A DNA stretch of 64,000 bases from an uncultured Poribacteria bacterium (GCA_951813565.1 OX638351.1:2112001-2176000); one strand, 5' to 3'; positions 39,595-49,594 are shown, numbered from the stretch's first letter. The notes: a model not told the origin generated them from the sequence alone. Translations and numbers: made by a program.

Positions 39595-40662
39595 ATGGCA
39601 ATACCAACTATCCATGTTGGCTGTACACATTTCGCACACGGACGTCTACAAGCACAAGTCAATTCGCACGGATTTGAGCCTGTTGCATGTGTAGACATCA
39701 ACCTTGAAGCTGCAAAAAAAGGCGTTGAATCAATAAACGGTGCGCCTGAAGGTTTGTCAGACTGTATCTATACAACAATCACTGAGGCAAAAGAGAAGCA
39801 CGACGCAGAAGCGTGTCTTATCTACGCATCAACAACAGTTCATGCTAAATTAATCGTAGAAAGTTTGAACCTCGGCATGCACACGCTCTGTGTGAAACCG
39901 ATTGCAACAACACAAGCAGAATTCCACGACATCATCCAAGCGCACAAGGCAAACCCTGGAACAATATTGGTACAGGGACAAAACAAACGCTGGAATCCAG
40001 CCGCCGCGAAAATGCGCGAATGGCTCAGAGAAGAAGGCGGCATCGGTGAGATGTTAGGTGGCGAATGTCGGTTCTGGATACGCCAAAATCTGTTTACCGG
40101 ACCCGATTCTCGGCAACCTGATGCTTACGTTGATGGGCTATATTTCCACGCAGGCTGCAGCCATCAACTTGACCAACTTGTTGGAGCGAAAGGTCTTCCC
40201 AAGTACGTTACTGCCCAAGTTCATAACCGTCGCGACCCCTCATTAGGACAGATTGATGCGTGGGGAACTGCAGGTGGAAACGCCTTGATGGAATACGATA
40301 ACGGCGCACCATTCACGTATGCTGGGACCCGTGCGGGCCACATGGGGGCTTACGGATGGAGCGGAAGTTGGACATTCCACGGAGAAGATGGTGACCTACG
40401 CAGAGATGGGGGACACCTGCAACTTTTCCGAACTGGACAAAATGTTGAAGACCTTACGCTACAAGACCTCCACGGCGGTTTAATTGAAGACGACAGACTC
40501 CAATTTGATGCTTTTGCTGAAGCGATCGCTACAGGTAAAGACAGAGAGTGGATACAAGATAGCACACTCGGCACATGGATATTGATGGAAGCGTGCAACG
40601 AATCTGCCCGCACACATGAACGCGTTGATGTTGAGGCGTTCACACAGAAGATGTTGGCTTAG
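39595..40662 (+). CDS. Gfo/Idh/MocA family oxidoreductase
   Basis: HAKLIVESLNLGMHTLCVKP, GQNKRWNP, GIGE, HQLD. Confidence 0.82.
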   Translation: MAIPTIHVGCTHFAHGRLQAQVNSHGFEPVACVDINLEAAKKGVESINGAPEGLSDCIYTTITEAKEKHDAEACLIYASTTVHAKLIVESLNLGMHTLCVKPIATTQAEFHDIIQAHKANPGTILVQGQNKRWNPAAAKMREWLREEGGIGEMLGGECRFWIRQNLFTGPDSRQPDAYVDGLYFHAGCSHQLDQLVGAKGLPKYVTAQVHNRRDPSLGQIDAWGTAGGNALMEYDNGAPFTYAGTRAGHMGAYGWSGSWTFHGEDGDLRRDGGHLQLFRTGQNVEDLTLQDLHGGLIEDDRLQFDAFAEAIATGKDREWIQDSTLGTWILMEACNESARTHERVDVEAFTQKMLA

Positions 40663-40676
40663 TCCGGAGGTTACAG

Positions 40677-42305
40677 ATGCAATCACCACACGGTTCAGCG
40701 TTTCGTCCCTCTGTGATGGGCAGAAACGGCATGGTTACATCAGGACACGTACTTGCCTCACAAGCAGGCATCCAAACAATGATGGCAGGTGGCAACGCTG
40801 TTGACGCTGCCATCGCGACTGCCGCCGCGCTCGGTGTCGTGGAACCTGCAGGTTCTGGTGTCGGTGGAGATGGATTTATTCTCATCTATTGGGCAGAAAC
40901 AGGACAGGTAGCCGCTGTCAATGCAACAGGACCTGCCCCCCGTGCTGCAACACGCGAGACCTATCTCAAAAACGGTGGCATTCCGATGAAAGGCATGCGG
41001 AGTGTTTCGGTGCCAGGGCTTGTTGACGGATGGCTGCTTGCACACGAACGTTATGGCACACTAAAGTTAGAAGAAGTTTTTGCCCCTGCAATTTCCCTTT
41101 GCGAAGAAGGATTTCCAGTGAGTCATAGACTCGCGGGTGGTCTGAGAGGTGAAAACGCTCGTTTCGCTGCTGAACCAGACAGCCGCGCTATTTTTACGAA
41201 TGATGGCGAACCGATCCCCGCAGGTGAACTCCTTGCCAATCCCAATCTCGGCACAACCCTCCGCAAAATCGCTAAAGATGGCAGAGAAACATTCTACGAA
41301 GGCGAAATTGCTAAGGAAATTGCTGAATTCAGTCATGCATACAACGGACTATTAACAGCAGAAGACCTCGCAAACTACCATGCCCACTGGGACGAACCGA
41401 TACACGTAAGTTATCGCGGTTACGAAGTCTATGAAATGCCGCCTAATTCAAGTGGACATATCTTATTGCAAGAATTGAACGTTGTAGAATTGTTTGATTT
41501 GCAAGCATTGGGATGCAATACTGCAGAAAGTGTTCATCTGATGGTTGAAGCAAAAAAACTCGCCTTTGCTGACAGAGAAAAATATATGGCAGACCCAAAT
41601 TGGGTAGATGTTCCCATAGAAGGCATGTTATCTAAATCTTACGCTGCTGAACAGGCAGAACGGATAGATTTGGAGAAGGCCGCTGTTGATGTCCCCGCAG
41701 GCGGACCGGAAGCACACGAAGATACTACCTGTTTCTGTACTGCTGATCGCGCAGGAAATCTTGTCTGTGTACTGCAGAGTATCCAATCTGGCTTCGGTTC
41801 CAGCTTGGTAGCGGGTGATACAGGCATTCTGCTAAACAACCGAATGACCTATTGGCATTTGGAAGAGGAACATCCGAACTGTCTGATGCCGGGCAAACGT
41901 GTGCGACACACAATGAACCCTGTTATTGTTACAAAAGATGGCAAACCCGTATTAGCGTGTGGCACACCGGGCGCAGATACACAGGTACAAACTAACCTTC
42001 AGTTAGTCACGCATATTCTTGACTTTGGCATGACACCGCAAGAGGCAGTTTCTGCGCCGCGCTGGCGCAGTCTCCAGAATCCAATGGAATCGACTATCCC
42101 GCACACCTGTTCTAATCACCTCCAATTAGAAACACGATTTTCGTCAGATACTCAAGAGGGTTTAGCAGAAAGAGGGCATGAACTCCAACTTGTCGGGGAT
42201 TGGGGCGGTCCAGGCAGTGCGCAGGTGATCAAGCTTCATTCTGAATCAGGCGCGCTTATCGGTGGATCTGATCCAAGAACTGATGGGTATGCTGTCACTT
42301 TTTAG
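40677..42305 (+). CDS. ggt: Gamma-glutamyltransferase family protein
   Basis: GGNAVDAAIA, GVGGDGF, SVPG, DTT nucleophile, PGKRVRHT, GSDPR. Confidence 0.92.
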   Translation: MQSPHGSAFRPSVMGRNGMVTSGHVLASQAGIQTMMAGGNAVDAAIATAAALGVVEPAGSGVGGDGFILIYWAETGQVAAVNATGPAPRAATRETYLKNGGIPMKGMRSVSVPGLVDGWLLAHERYGTLKLEEVFAPAISLCEEGFPVSHRLAGGLRGENARFAAEPDSRAIFTNDGEPIPAGELLANPNLGTTLRKIAKDGRETFYEGEIAKEIAEFSHAYNGLLTAEDLANYHAHWDEPIHVSYRGYEVYEMPPNSSGHILLQELNVVELFDLQALGCNTAESVHLMVEAKKLAFADREKYMADPNWVDVPIEGMLSKSYAAEQAERIDLEKAAVDVPAGGPEAHEDTTCFCTADRAGNLVCVLQSIQSGFGSSLVAGDTGILLNNRMTYWHLEEEHPNCLMPGKRVRHTMNPVIVTKDGKPVLACGTPGADTQVQTNLQLVTHILDFGMTPQEAVSAPRWRSLQNPMESTIPHTCSNHLQLETRFSSDTQEGLAERGHELQLVGDWGGPGSAQVIKLHSESGALIGGSDPRTDGYAVTF

Positions 42306-42424
42306 TTGAATTGGTCTCATTAGTATTGACGGAACAGATATTCGTAGCGTAATATGTCTTTGACGATTAATTTTGCTTGATTTCTTTGGAAATTGGATAT
42401 TCTACATATCATTGATTCCGCAGT

Positions 42425-42709
42425 GTGGTGAAAAAAGTTGCCATCCACTACCACAACATCAATATTGAGTTAGAACCCATGCAACCGGGGGACGTTATTA
42501 TATTCGGGTTATATATGATGCACAGCAGTGCTCCCAATCGCTCTGACCACCCTCGCATCAACAATGATACGCGATACCAACTCGTTCACGAAGAGAATGA
42601 TTACCGATTCTCTTTTCATAAGGACGGGAGTTGGCTTGGTAATTTCTACAACAAAGGTGCAAGTTGCAAACCGATGGTGAAACCCAGTCGAGAATGGGGA
42701 TTGAAATGA
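42425..42709 (+). pseudogene. C-terminal fragment of a PhyH-family dioxygenase
   Basis: MQPGDVIIFGLYMMHSSAPNRSDHPR..DTRYQ without the N-terminal HxD half. Confidence 0.6.
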
Positions 42710-42729
42710 ACTGCAACAAGGAGAATCGT

Positions 42730-44367
42730 ATGATTTACAGGCAATGGTATTTTACATTTTTGTTAGTTATCTTGATTTCGCTCTGGATTGGAAACAGTGT
42801 CGCAGCAAATTCAACCGCTACTGGTACTGTTTTTCTGGATACAAATAGAAATCAAGTAATGGACGATAATGAGAAAGGGTTATCTGGGGTTCGCGTTTCT
42901 AATGGGCAGGATGTTGTCCAAACCGATGCCAACGGGAAATACTCACTTGCAGTCAGTGATGACACTATCCTTTTCGTCATTAAACCTCGTGGTTATATGA
43001 CACCGATTGATAAAAACCGACTCCCAAAGTTTTATTACATTCACAAACCACTCGGTTCACCAGACGGATTAAGGTATGCCGGCGTCGCTCCAACAGGACC
43101 GTTACCAGAGTCGATTGATTTTCCCCTCACTGAACAGTCCGAACCTGACACCTTTAAGGCACTCGTCTTCGGGGATACACAACCCAATAATATGCAAGAG
43201 ATTGAGTGGTTGGCTCATGATGTGGTTGAAGAAGTTATTGGTACTGATGCGGTGTTCGGACTCAGCCTTGGTGATTTGGTAGGTGACGATCTAAACTTAT
43301 TCGATCCGCTTAACGAGGTGCTGGCTACTGTTGGGATACCGTGGTACAACGTCTACGGTAACCATGATATGAACCGTCTTGCTAAAGTTGACCACTTCGC
43401 CGATGAGACCTTCGAACGCGTTTATGGTCCCACCTCCTATTCCTATGATTGGGGACCAGTCCATTTCATCATTATCGACAATGTCCATTGGTCCCGTGAT
43501 GAGGAAAATAAAGTTATCTACTTCAGTGAGGTAGGAGAGCGGCAGTTGACGTTTGTTCGAAATGATCTTGCTTTTGTACCGAAAGACCAGCTTGTTGTGA
43601 TATCCATGCATATTCCATTGACGGAGATGCGTGATGTACAGAAATTGATGAATCTTCTCGGTGACCGTCCCCATACATTATCTTTGTCCGCACACTCACA
43701 TGTACAACATGATGATTTCATTGGACCTGAGCACGGTTGGCATGGCGATGACGCACATCATCACCACAATCATGCAACCACATCAGGCAGCTGGTGGCAG
43801 GGTACGTTTGATGAAGTTGGTATTCCCCACACAACGATGCGAGATGGTGCCCCCAATGGATATGGCATCTTCACATTTGATGGAAATCAATATACAATCC
43901 GATTTAAGGCTGCCCGTCGACCCTCTGAGTACCAAATGAATATATGGGCACCATGGGAAGTGGCGTCGTCGGAAACTGGCAATATTGATGTACTGGTTAA
44001 CATCTTTGGTGGCACTAAGCGTTCAAAGGTTGAAATCCGTCTGGGTGAAGTCGGGAAATGGAAACCGATGACCTATACGCCTCAGAAAGACCCGTACTTT
44101 CAAGCACTCAAAGAACGGGACGAAACGTACCACCTTGAACGGCAATTGCATACTGAAATACGGGCAACAATGAAGGAAATGCTGAAGGAAGACAACCAAC
44201 TGCCACAAAGAGGAAGACGGCTTATTTACGGTGTTCCAAAGTCAACGCACATCTGGCAATCGAAACTCCCTGCAAATATCCCAATAGGAACACACGTTAT
44301 CAACGTCCGTACTACCGATATGTTTGATCAAACTTTCATAGGGAAACGAATCATCCGAGTACGATAA
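42730..44367 (+). CDS. Secreted calcineurin-like metallophosphoesterase with N- and C-terminal accessory domains
   Basis: Signal peptide; GDTQP, GDLVGD, GNHD, HIP, AHSH, SGSWW, DGAPNGY. Confidence 0.9.
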   Translation: MIYRQWYFTFLLVILISLWIGNSVAANSTATGTVFLDTNRNQVMDDNEKGLSGVRVSNGQDVVQTDANGKYSLAVSDDTILFVIKPRGYMTPIDKNRLPKFYYIHKPLGSPDGLRYAGVAPTGPLPESIDFPLTEQSEPDTFKALVFGDTQPNNMQEIEWLAHDVVEEVIGTDAVFGLSLGDLVGDDLNLFDPLNEVLATVGIPWYNVYGNHDMNRLAKVDHFADETFERVYGPTSYSYDWGPVHFIIIDNVHWSRDEENKVIYFSEVGERQLTFVRNDLAFVPKDQLVVISMHIPLTEMRDVQKLMNLLGDRPHTLSLSAHSHVQHDDFIGPEHGWHGDDAHHHHNHATTSGSWWQGTFDEVGIPHTTMRDGAPNGYGIFTFDGNQYTIRFKAARRPSEYQMNIWAPWEVASSETGNIDVLVNIFGGTKRSKVEIRLGEVGKWKPMTYTPQKDPYFQALKERDETYHLERQLHTEIRATMKEMLKEDNQLPQRGRRLIYGVPKSTHIWQSKLPANIPIGTHVINVRTTDMFDQTFIGKRIIRVR

Positions 44368-44445
44368 TCCGAATATTGGTATTCAATCAGTATTACAGAC
44401 AAGGTAGATGCGTTTTGTAAACACACCAGTCCTTTAGGTAAATTA

Positions 44446-44516
44446 ATTGATGAAGTTCGTATATACGAAAGGGCTCTTTCTAAAGAAGAGATATCTAATA
44501 ATATGAATGCTGAAGG
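44446..44516 (+). pseudogene. Remnant of a LamG-domain gene cut by IS607
   Basis: Translates IDEVRIYERALSKEEISNNMNAEG up to the IS left end. Confidence 0.7.
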
Positions 44517-44549
44517 TTGAGTAACAGTATCTAAAAATCTACATTTTTC

Positions 44550-44580
44550 TTGACATTCCTTTATATTTATGTGATACTAT
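44550..44580 (+). promoter_or_regulatory. IS607 promoter, probably giving a leaderless transcript
   Basis: TTGACA-17 nt-GATACT, overlapping TGnTACTAT; ATG at 44585 with no SD. Confidence 0.6.
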
Positions 44581-44584
44581 ATAC

Positions 44585-45172
44585 ATGACTTATGTATCAG
44601 CGCGCAAAGCAAGTGAGCTGCTGGATTATACACCTGACCATTTACGGAGGTTGGCAAATGAAGGAAAGATTGATATTATCCGCACAGAAGGCGGACACAG
44701 ACGCTATGATGTTGACGGATACATCAAAAGCAAATCCAAATCAATTGCAACTGTTTGCTATAGCAGAGTATCCAGCACAAAGCAAAGAGACGACCTTGAA
44801 CGACAAGTTGAATATATGCAAAGTATCTACCCCGAAGCAGAAGTTATCCGAGACATCGGAAGCGGTATCAACTTCAAAAGAAAAGGGCTTAGAACCTTAT
44901 TGGAACGGCTTATGCAAGGTGATAAGCTCCAAGTTGTTATTGCCCATCGGGATAGACTCGCCCGATTCGGTATCGACCTTATACGATACCTCATTGAACA
45001 AAACGGTGGCGAACTCGTGGTTCTCGATCAAACAGAACACAGTCCGCAAGAGGAACTCACGCAGGATCTTCTCGCAATCCTGCATGTCTTCAGTTGCCGG
45101 ATGCACGGGCTCAGAAGTTACCGTGACAAAATCAAAGAAGATAAGAGTTTATCCGACGACAGAACAACGTGA
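44585..45172 (+). CDS. tnpA: IS607 serine recombinase TnpA
   Basis: MerR-like HTH (RTEGGHRRY), YSRVSS catalytic Ser, DIGSGINFKRKGL, DRLARFG. Confidence 0.95.
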   Translation: MTYVSARKASELLDYTPDHLRRLANEGKIDIIRTEGGHRRYDVDGYIKSKSKSIATVCYSRVSSTKQRDDLERQVEYMQSIYPEAEVIRDIGSGINFKRKGLRTLLERLMQGDKLQVVIAHRDRLARFGIDLIRYLIEQNGGELVVLDQTEHSPQEELTQDLLAILHVFSCRMHGLRSYRDKIKEDKSLSDDRTT

Positions 45173-46241
45173 AACACTTCGGCAGTGGTTTGGCACAGCA
45201 CGTTTCACTTACAATAAAACCGTTGCTTTGTTAAACGAAACAGACATAAAAGCGAATTGGAAAGCGATAAAAACAGGTATTCTTCACGATCTTCCTGAAT
45301 GGAGTAAAGAAACACCGTATCAAGTGAAATCTGTTGCTATCCGAGATGCTTGTATAGCTGTCCGAGAAGCAAAGCGAAAATGTAAGAAAACAGGACAATA
45401 TCAATCTGTTTTCTTCAAATCTAAACGTCGTCCATCAGATAGTATTTTCATGCCGAAGTCTTCCATAAAAAAACAAGGTGTTTACCACACCTTGCTGGGA
45501 CACCTCAAAATGTCAGAGACGCTGCCTGAGAATATCTGTGACTCCCGACTGGTAAAAGAGCATGACAAATACTATTTATGTATATCTTATACTGTAACAA
45601 CTCCGAAGCGAAAGCCAAACGGAAGTGTTGTTGCTTTAGACCCAGGCGTGAGAACATTCCTCACATATTTTCATGAGCGTGGTTTCGGATGGCTTGGACA
45701 CCATGCTATTAATCGGATTCAAAGACTTTGTTCACACCTTGATAATCTTTTATCCCGTGCAACTAAAGCAACTCAACAATCACGCAAGAATATGAGACGT
45801 GCTGCGAATAGAATACGCAAACGTATCAGAAATCTTGTTGACGAGTTGCATCATAAAATAGCACGTTTCCTTGTGGATACCTTTGATATTATCCTACTCC
45901 CTACTTTTGAGACTTCAGATATGGTAATGCGTGGAAAACGCAAACTACACAAGAAGTCTGCCCGACAAATGTTGACACTGTCGCACTACAGATTCAAACA
46001 GTTTCTAAAGCACAAAGCGAAAGAGACTGGATGTATCGTCCTTGATGTCTGTGAAGCATACACATCAAAAACAGTGTCGTGGAATGGTGAGATTAGAAAA
46101 TCACTCGGTGGACGAAAGATAATCAAAGATAGTGCCGGACTCAAGATGGACAGAGACTTGAATGGCGCACGCGGGATATTCCTGCGTGCTTTGGTAGATG
46201 AACCCTGGTTACTATCTATGAGTAACTTGCAAACCGTATAA
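44592..46241 (+). CDS. tnpB: IS607-type TnpB RNA-guided nuclease (true start uncertain)
   Basis: KIRVYPT, WFGTARFTYN, ALDPGVRTF, EAYTSKT, DRDLNGARGI; zinc-finger cysteines absent. Confidence 0.92.
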   Translation: MYQRAKQVSCWIIHLTIYGGWQMKERLILSAQKADTDAMMLTDTSKANPNQLQLFAIAEYPAQSKETTLNDKLNICKVSTPKQKLSETSEAVSTSKEKGLEPYWNGLCKVISSKLLLPIGIDSPDSVSTLYDTSLNKTVANSWFSIKQNTVRKRNSRRIFSQSCMSSVAGCTGSEVTVTKSKKIRVYPTTEQRETLRQWFGTARFTYNKTVALLNETDIKANWKAIKTGILHDLPEWSKETPYQVKSVAIRDACIAVREAKRKCKKTGQYQSVFFKSKRRPSDSIFMPKSSIKKQGVYHTLLGHLKMSETLPENICDSRLVKEHDKYYLCISYTVTTPKRKPNGSVVALDPGVRTFLTYFHERGFGWLGHHAINRIQRLCSHLDNLLSRATKATQQSRKNMRRAANRIRKRIRNLVDELHHKIARFLVDTFDIILLPTFETSDMVMRGKRKLHKKSARQMLTLSHYRFKQFLKHKAKETGCIVLDVCEAYTSKTVSWNGEIRKSLGGRKIIKDSAGLKMDRDLNGARGIFLRALVDEPWLLSMSNLQTV

Positions 46242-46289
46242 GATGTGAAATGCCCAGCATTGCACGGAAATATACAGGTTAATATCATC

Positions 46290-46484
46290 GGCCACGGAGG
46301 AGCGACCATGGCAGAAGTCGAGATTCCATGGATTATCAATGGTCCGGGAATCTTACCTGCAAAAGAACTGAATAAATTCGTGAACATCTACGATACAGCA
46401 GCGACGGTTGCACACATTTTCGGTTTGACTCCACCGGACTGTTGGATTGCAAAACCTGTATTGGAGGCGTTTGGTTTACCATAA
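46290..46484 (+). pseudogene. C-terminal fragment of an alkaline-phosphatase-superfamily (phosphodiesterase) gene
   Basis: GHGGATMAEVEIPWIINGPGI...YDTAATVAHIFGL...W starting at the IS607 right end. Confidence 0.72.
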
Positions 46485-46729
46485 TCTTTTTTGATGACCT
46501 AATGACAATTTGCTGTTCACCTATAAACAAACTATTCAAGTGGTAGATCGTGATACCTTATTCACTTAATCTATCTGGTATGATGATCAGTTTCGTCGGT
46601 TTGCACCATTATTTTAGCACTCCCCGTCAAACCCCGTGCCTTTAGGTAGGGGATGTAGACGGCGAAAGGTTTGATTTAAATAAACTTGGCAATCTAATCA
46701 AAATGTGGTATAATATATCATATACTATA

Positions 46730-47167
46730 ATGAAAAGGCAAGATATTATGCCACTAAAAATCGCTAATAAGAAACGTAATTACAAAACAAGCAACAGGAC
46801 AGTCTATAGTTGCCAATATCACGTTATCTGGTGTGTGAAGTATAGGCGTAAGGTTTTAGAGACACAAATACAAGGTAGACTGAAACAACTCATAGAAGAA
46901 AAACAAGACGAGTATGAGTATCAAATCCGTGAGGTTGAAACACAACCTGAACATGTTCACTTGCTCATAGAAATCCCGCCAATGCATTCTATTGATAAAA
47001 TCGTTGGAAAAATCAAAGGCTATACGGCTAAAGTTTTACGTGAAGAATACCCAAGTTTGAAAAGTCGTTTGCCCTCTCTTTGGACACGGAGCAAGTTTGT
47101 GAGTTCCTGTGGTGGTGTAACACTCAAAGTGATAAAAGACTATATTGAAGGTCAAAGCGGACAATGA
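46730..47167 (+). CDS. tnpA: IS200/IS605 HUH (Y1) transposase
   Basis: YHVIWCVKYRRKVL, EHVHLL (HUH), LWTRS, YIEGQ catalytic Tyr; start 46730 or 46748. Confidence 0.95.
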   Translation: MKRQDIMPLKIANKKRNYKTSNRTVYSCQYHVIWCVKYRRKVLETQIQGRLKQLIEEKQDEYEYQIREVETQPEHVHLLIEIPPMHSIDKIVGKIKGYTAKVLREEYPSLKSRLPSLWTRSKFVSSCGGVTLKVIKDYIEGQSGQ

Positions 47168-48276
47168 GAAAAGCGGACAAGTTCAAACTTCAAAACCAAT
47201 CTAACACAATCAAACTCGGCAATATGCTTGATGATATGTGGGAAATCCATGTGCATATCATGCGTTTGGAGCGTAGGTATTATCGCATGTTCGGCAAAAA
47301 TTTGTCTGCGTATCGTCTGAAGGCACATGTTGCGAAACTCAAAAAAACAACTAAACCACACTGGGCGGACTTGCCGAGTCAAGTTGTTCAAGACGTTGTG
47401 CTGCGTTATGGTAAATCTCAAGACGCTTTCTTTGAGAATATCGAAGACCGAAAAGCGGGCAAAACAACGCGTAAAGTGGGTAGACCGAAAATCAAACCGA
47501 GACACAAATACAACTCCATGACCTTCACACAAGCGGGCTACAAACTTGAAGAGAACCGTATCAAAATCAACTGTATAGATACATGGTTTTCCTTTCACAA
47601 ACACCGTGAAATCAAAGGTGTCATCAAGACGATCACAATCAAACGTGACAGGTGCGGTGACTATTGGATATGCTTTTCGTGCGAGAATGTTGAGGATTCC
47701 GAACCCAAACCCAAGACAGGTAAGAGCGCAGGATTTGATTACGGAAACAAAACATTCCTCACAAGCGACGAAGGTGACACAATAGAATCCCCGCAGTTTT
47801 TCAAACAATCACTCAACACGTTGCGAGCTCTCAACAAAGCACTCAGTCGTAAAGTCAAAGGTTCTAACAACTATTATCGTGCGTGCCGTGCTTTGGCAAG
47901 ACAACACAGAAAAGTTGCCAGACAAAGAGAAGATTGGCAGTGGAAACTTGCTACCCAACTTTGCACGGAGTTTGATACACTCTACTTTGAAACTTTGAAC
48001 CTTGATGGTATGAAACGGCTTTGGGGACGCAAAGTCTCTGACCACGCCTTCTACCATTTCGGACAGATACTGGAACAGAAGTGTGTGAAGCACGGTAAAA
48101 AACTTGTCCAAATCAGTCAATGGACAGCAACGATAAAACCTTGCAGTGATTGTGGATACCATAACGAAGAACTCTCTCTCGCAGATAGACAGTGGACATG
48201 CCCCGAATGTGGCTCACACCACGACCGAGACATCAACGCTGCTATCAATATCAAACGGGCAGGCTTGGCTGCCTAA
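47164..48276 (+). CDS. tnpB: TnpB RNA-guided endonuclease
   Basis: RuvC D (GFDYG), E (FETLN), D (DRDINAA); CSDC/CPEC zinc finger. Confidence 0.95.
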   Translation: MRKADKFKLQNQSNTIKLGNMLDDMWEIHVHIMRLERRYYRMFGKNLSAYRLKAHVAKLKKTTKPHWADLPSQVVQDVVLRYGKSQDAFFENIEDRKAGKTTRKVGRPKIKPRHKYNSMTFTQAGYKLEENRIKINCIDTWFSFHKHREIKGVIKTITIKRDRCGDYWICFSCENVEDSEPKPKTGKSAGFDYGNKTFLTSDEGDTIESPQFFKQSLNTLRALNKALSRKVKGSNNYYRACRALARQHRKVARQREDWQWKLATQLCTEFDTLYFETLNLDGMKRLWGRKVSDHAFYHFGQILEQKCVKHGKKLVQISQWTATIKPCSDCGYHNEELSLADRQWTCPECGSHHDRDINAAINIKRAGLAA

Positions 48277-48388
48277 AGTGGAGCGACACTAAGACGGTCA
48301 ACTCTCTGAGAAAACCGCAGTCGCAAGGAAGCACAAGCCCCTACCTTTAGGTAGTGGGTACCTATGACGTAACACTCTCTCTAAATAC
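48255..48388 (+). ncRNA. 3' part of the TnpB omegaRNA (right end plus flanking guide)
   Basis: Position at the tnpB 3' end; stems ggcag/ctgcc, gcgac/gtcgc and the end hairpin; 5' boundary unknown. Confidence 0.7.
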
Positions 48389-48425
48389 TATTCATTATAA
48401 CTGATAATATCATGAGGAGATTATT

Positions 48426-49268
48426 ATGATATACAGGACAATAAAATCAATTACAAAGGCGATCCTTGTAATCGCTTTATGTTTTACAACACTACCAATT
48501 TTGGGGGCTGAAACAGTAATTTTTGAAGAAGATTTTGAGGCAGTGAAACTTGAAGATAGCATAGAGGAAGGGGTAAAAGGCGTTAAAGTTTGGTCAGGTA
48601 TACCACCTGAAGGTTGGGAAATTACAAACGAAAATCCTAAAGACCTCGGCATGCCCGAATGGCGAACGTGGGCAATTGTTGACCTTGAGTGGTGGAGACA
48701 AACTGCTGGTGACCAAGAACGCAGTCAGTTCACTACGAAACAGAAGGACGGTAAAGGTATAGGGAATGGCGCGGTTTCAGACCCAGATGAGTGGGACGAT
48801 TGGGAAGTAAACGGTGACCCCGACGGTAAAAGTGCCTGGAACGGTCACTTAATTACGCCCTCTATTAAAATCAAAGGTGCAGCTGCGGAATCACTTGTTT
48901 TAACATTTGATTCCAGTTGGCGCCCTGATGACCCCCAAAGAGGTGAGATAACAGTAAGTTTTGACGGCGGTAAGGAAGAGCAAATTTTATTATTTGAGAG
49001 TTCTGGTGCACAGACCCTTGTTACCATTCCTACTCTAAGGAAAAATGAGGAAAAAGTAAACGATTTAGAACAGGTAAACGAAACTTTAGAAATCCCGATT
49101 GACAATCCTGCGGATGCCACTGAAATTGTTATTAGTTTCGGTCTCCTTAATGCCCGGAATGATTGGTGGTGGGCGATAGATAACATCAAACTCATAAGCA
49201 CTGCATTTGATGTAGAACCGAGAGATAAATTAGCAGTGAAATGGGCAGAAATAAAACGCTTAAAATAA
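48426..49268 (+). CDS. Secreted beta-sandwich protein with conserved C-terminal motif
   Basis: Signal peptide, IFEEDFE, NDWWWAIDNI, ends VEPRDKLAVKWAEIKRLK. Confidence 0.8.
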   Translation: MIYRTIKSITKAILVIALCFTTLPILGAETVIFEEDFEAVKLEDSIEEGVKGVKVWSGIPPEGWEITNENPKDLGMPEWRTWAIVDLEWWRQTAGDQERSQFTTKQKDGKGIGNGAVSDPDEWDDWEVNGDPDGKSAWNGHLITPSIKIKGAAAESLVLTFDSSWRPDDPQRGEITVSFDGGKEEQILLFESSGAQTLVTIPTLRKNEEKVNDLEQVNETLEIPIDNPADATEIVISFGLLNARNDWWWAIDNIKLISTAFDVEPRDKLAVKWAEIKRLK

Positions 49269-49370
49269 CCCGCAACATTATGAGCAACTCAACCTCGCCT
49301 AAAATTCGGCAAACTAACCTTCAAGAAGTGTAATGCCCTTTCCCTCAAAGGCATTACCCTTTTATATTTT

Positions 49371-49570
49371 ATACCATTTCTAAACAATAACTTCTCATTA
49401 ACAAAAATGCGTTTGTAGTCGCGCAATTTATTGCGCCTCGGACATTTCTTTCAAAGAAAAATAATTCATAGCATTGGTATTATATCAAATTAACCTGATT
49501 CCACTCGATAGGCACGCTTTGTAAGCGCACCTAATCCACAAAGAATACCATAAATCAGCTAATTTGGTAT
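49371..49570. mobile_element. Two tandem MITE-like cassettes with ATACCA-type TIRs, each around one REP
   Basis: ataccatttcta / tagcattggtat (49371-49480) and atatcaaattaacctgatt / aatcagctaatttggtat (49482-49570). Confidence 0.55.
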
Positions 49571-49594
49571 TATTGACTTGTAGGAGAAAGTGTC

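Larger units (their letters stand above)
44515..46291 (+). mobile_element. IS607-family element (serine recombinase + TnpB)
   Basis: tnpA-tnpB pair; GG dinucleotides at 44515-16 and 46290-91 coincide with breaks in the flanking gene fragments; no TIR or TSD; ends inferred. Confidence 0.88.
46618..48368 (+). mobile_element. IS200/IS605-family element (Y1 TnpA + TnpB)
   Basis: Subterminal hairpins with gcctttaggt/acctttaggt tips at both ends; follows TTAG, ends in TGAC; promoter TTGGCA-17-TATAAT at 46686-46714. Confidence 0.95.

Noticed and set aside
47152..48162. Long antisense ORFs opposite tnpB (and the many other antisense ORFs in the track)
   Set aside because: Shadow frames of well-supported genes with no independent motifs
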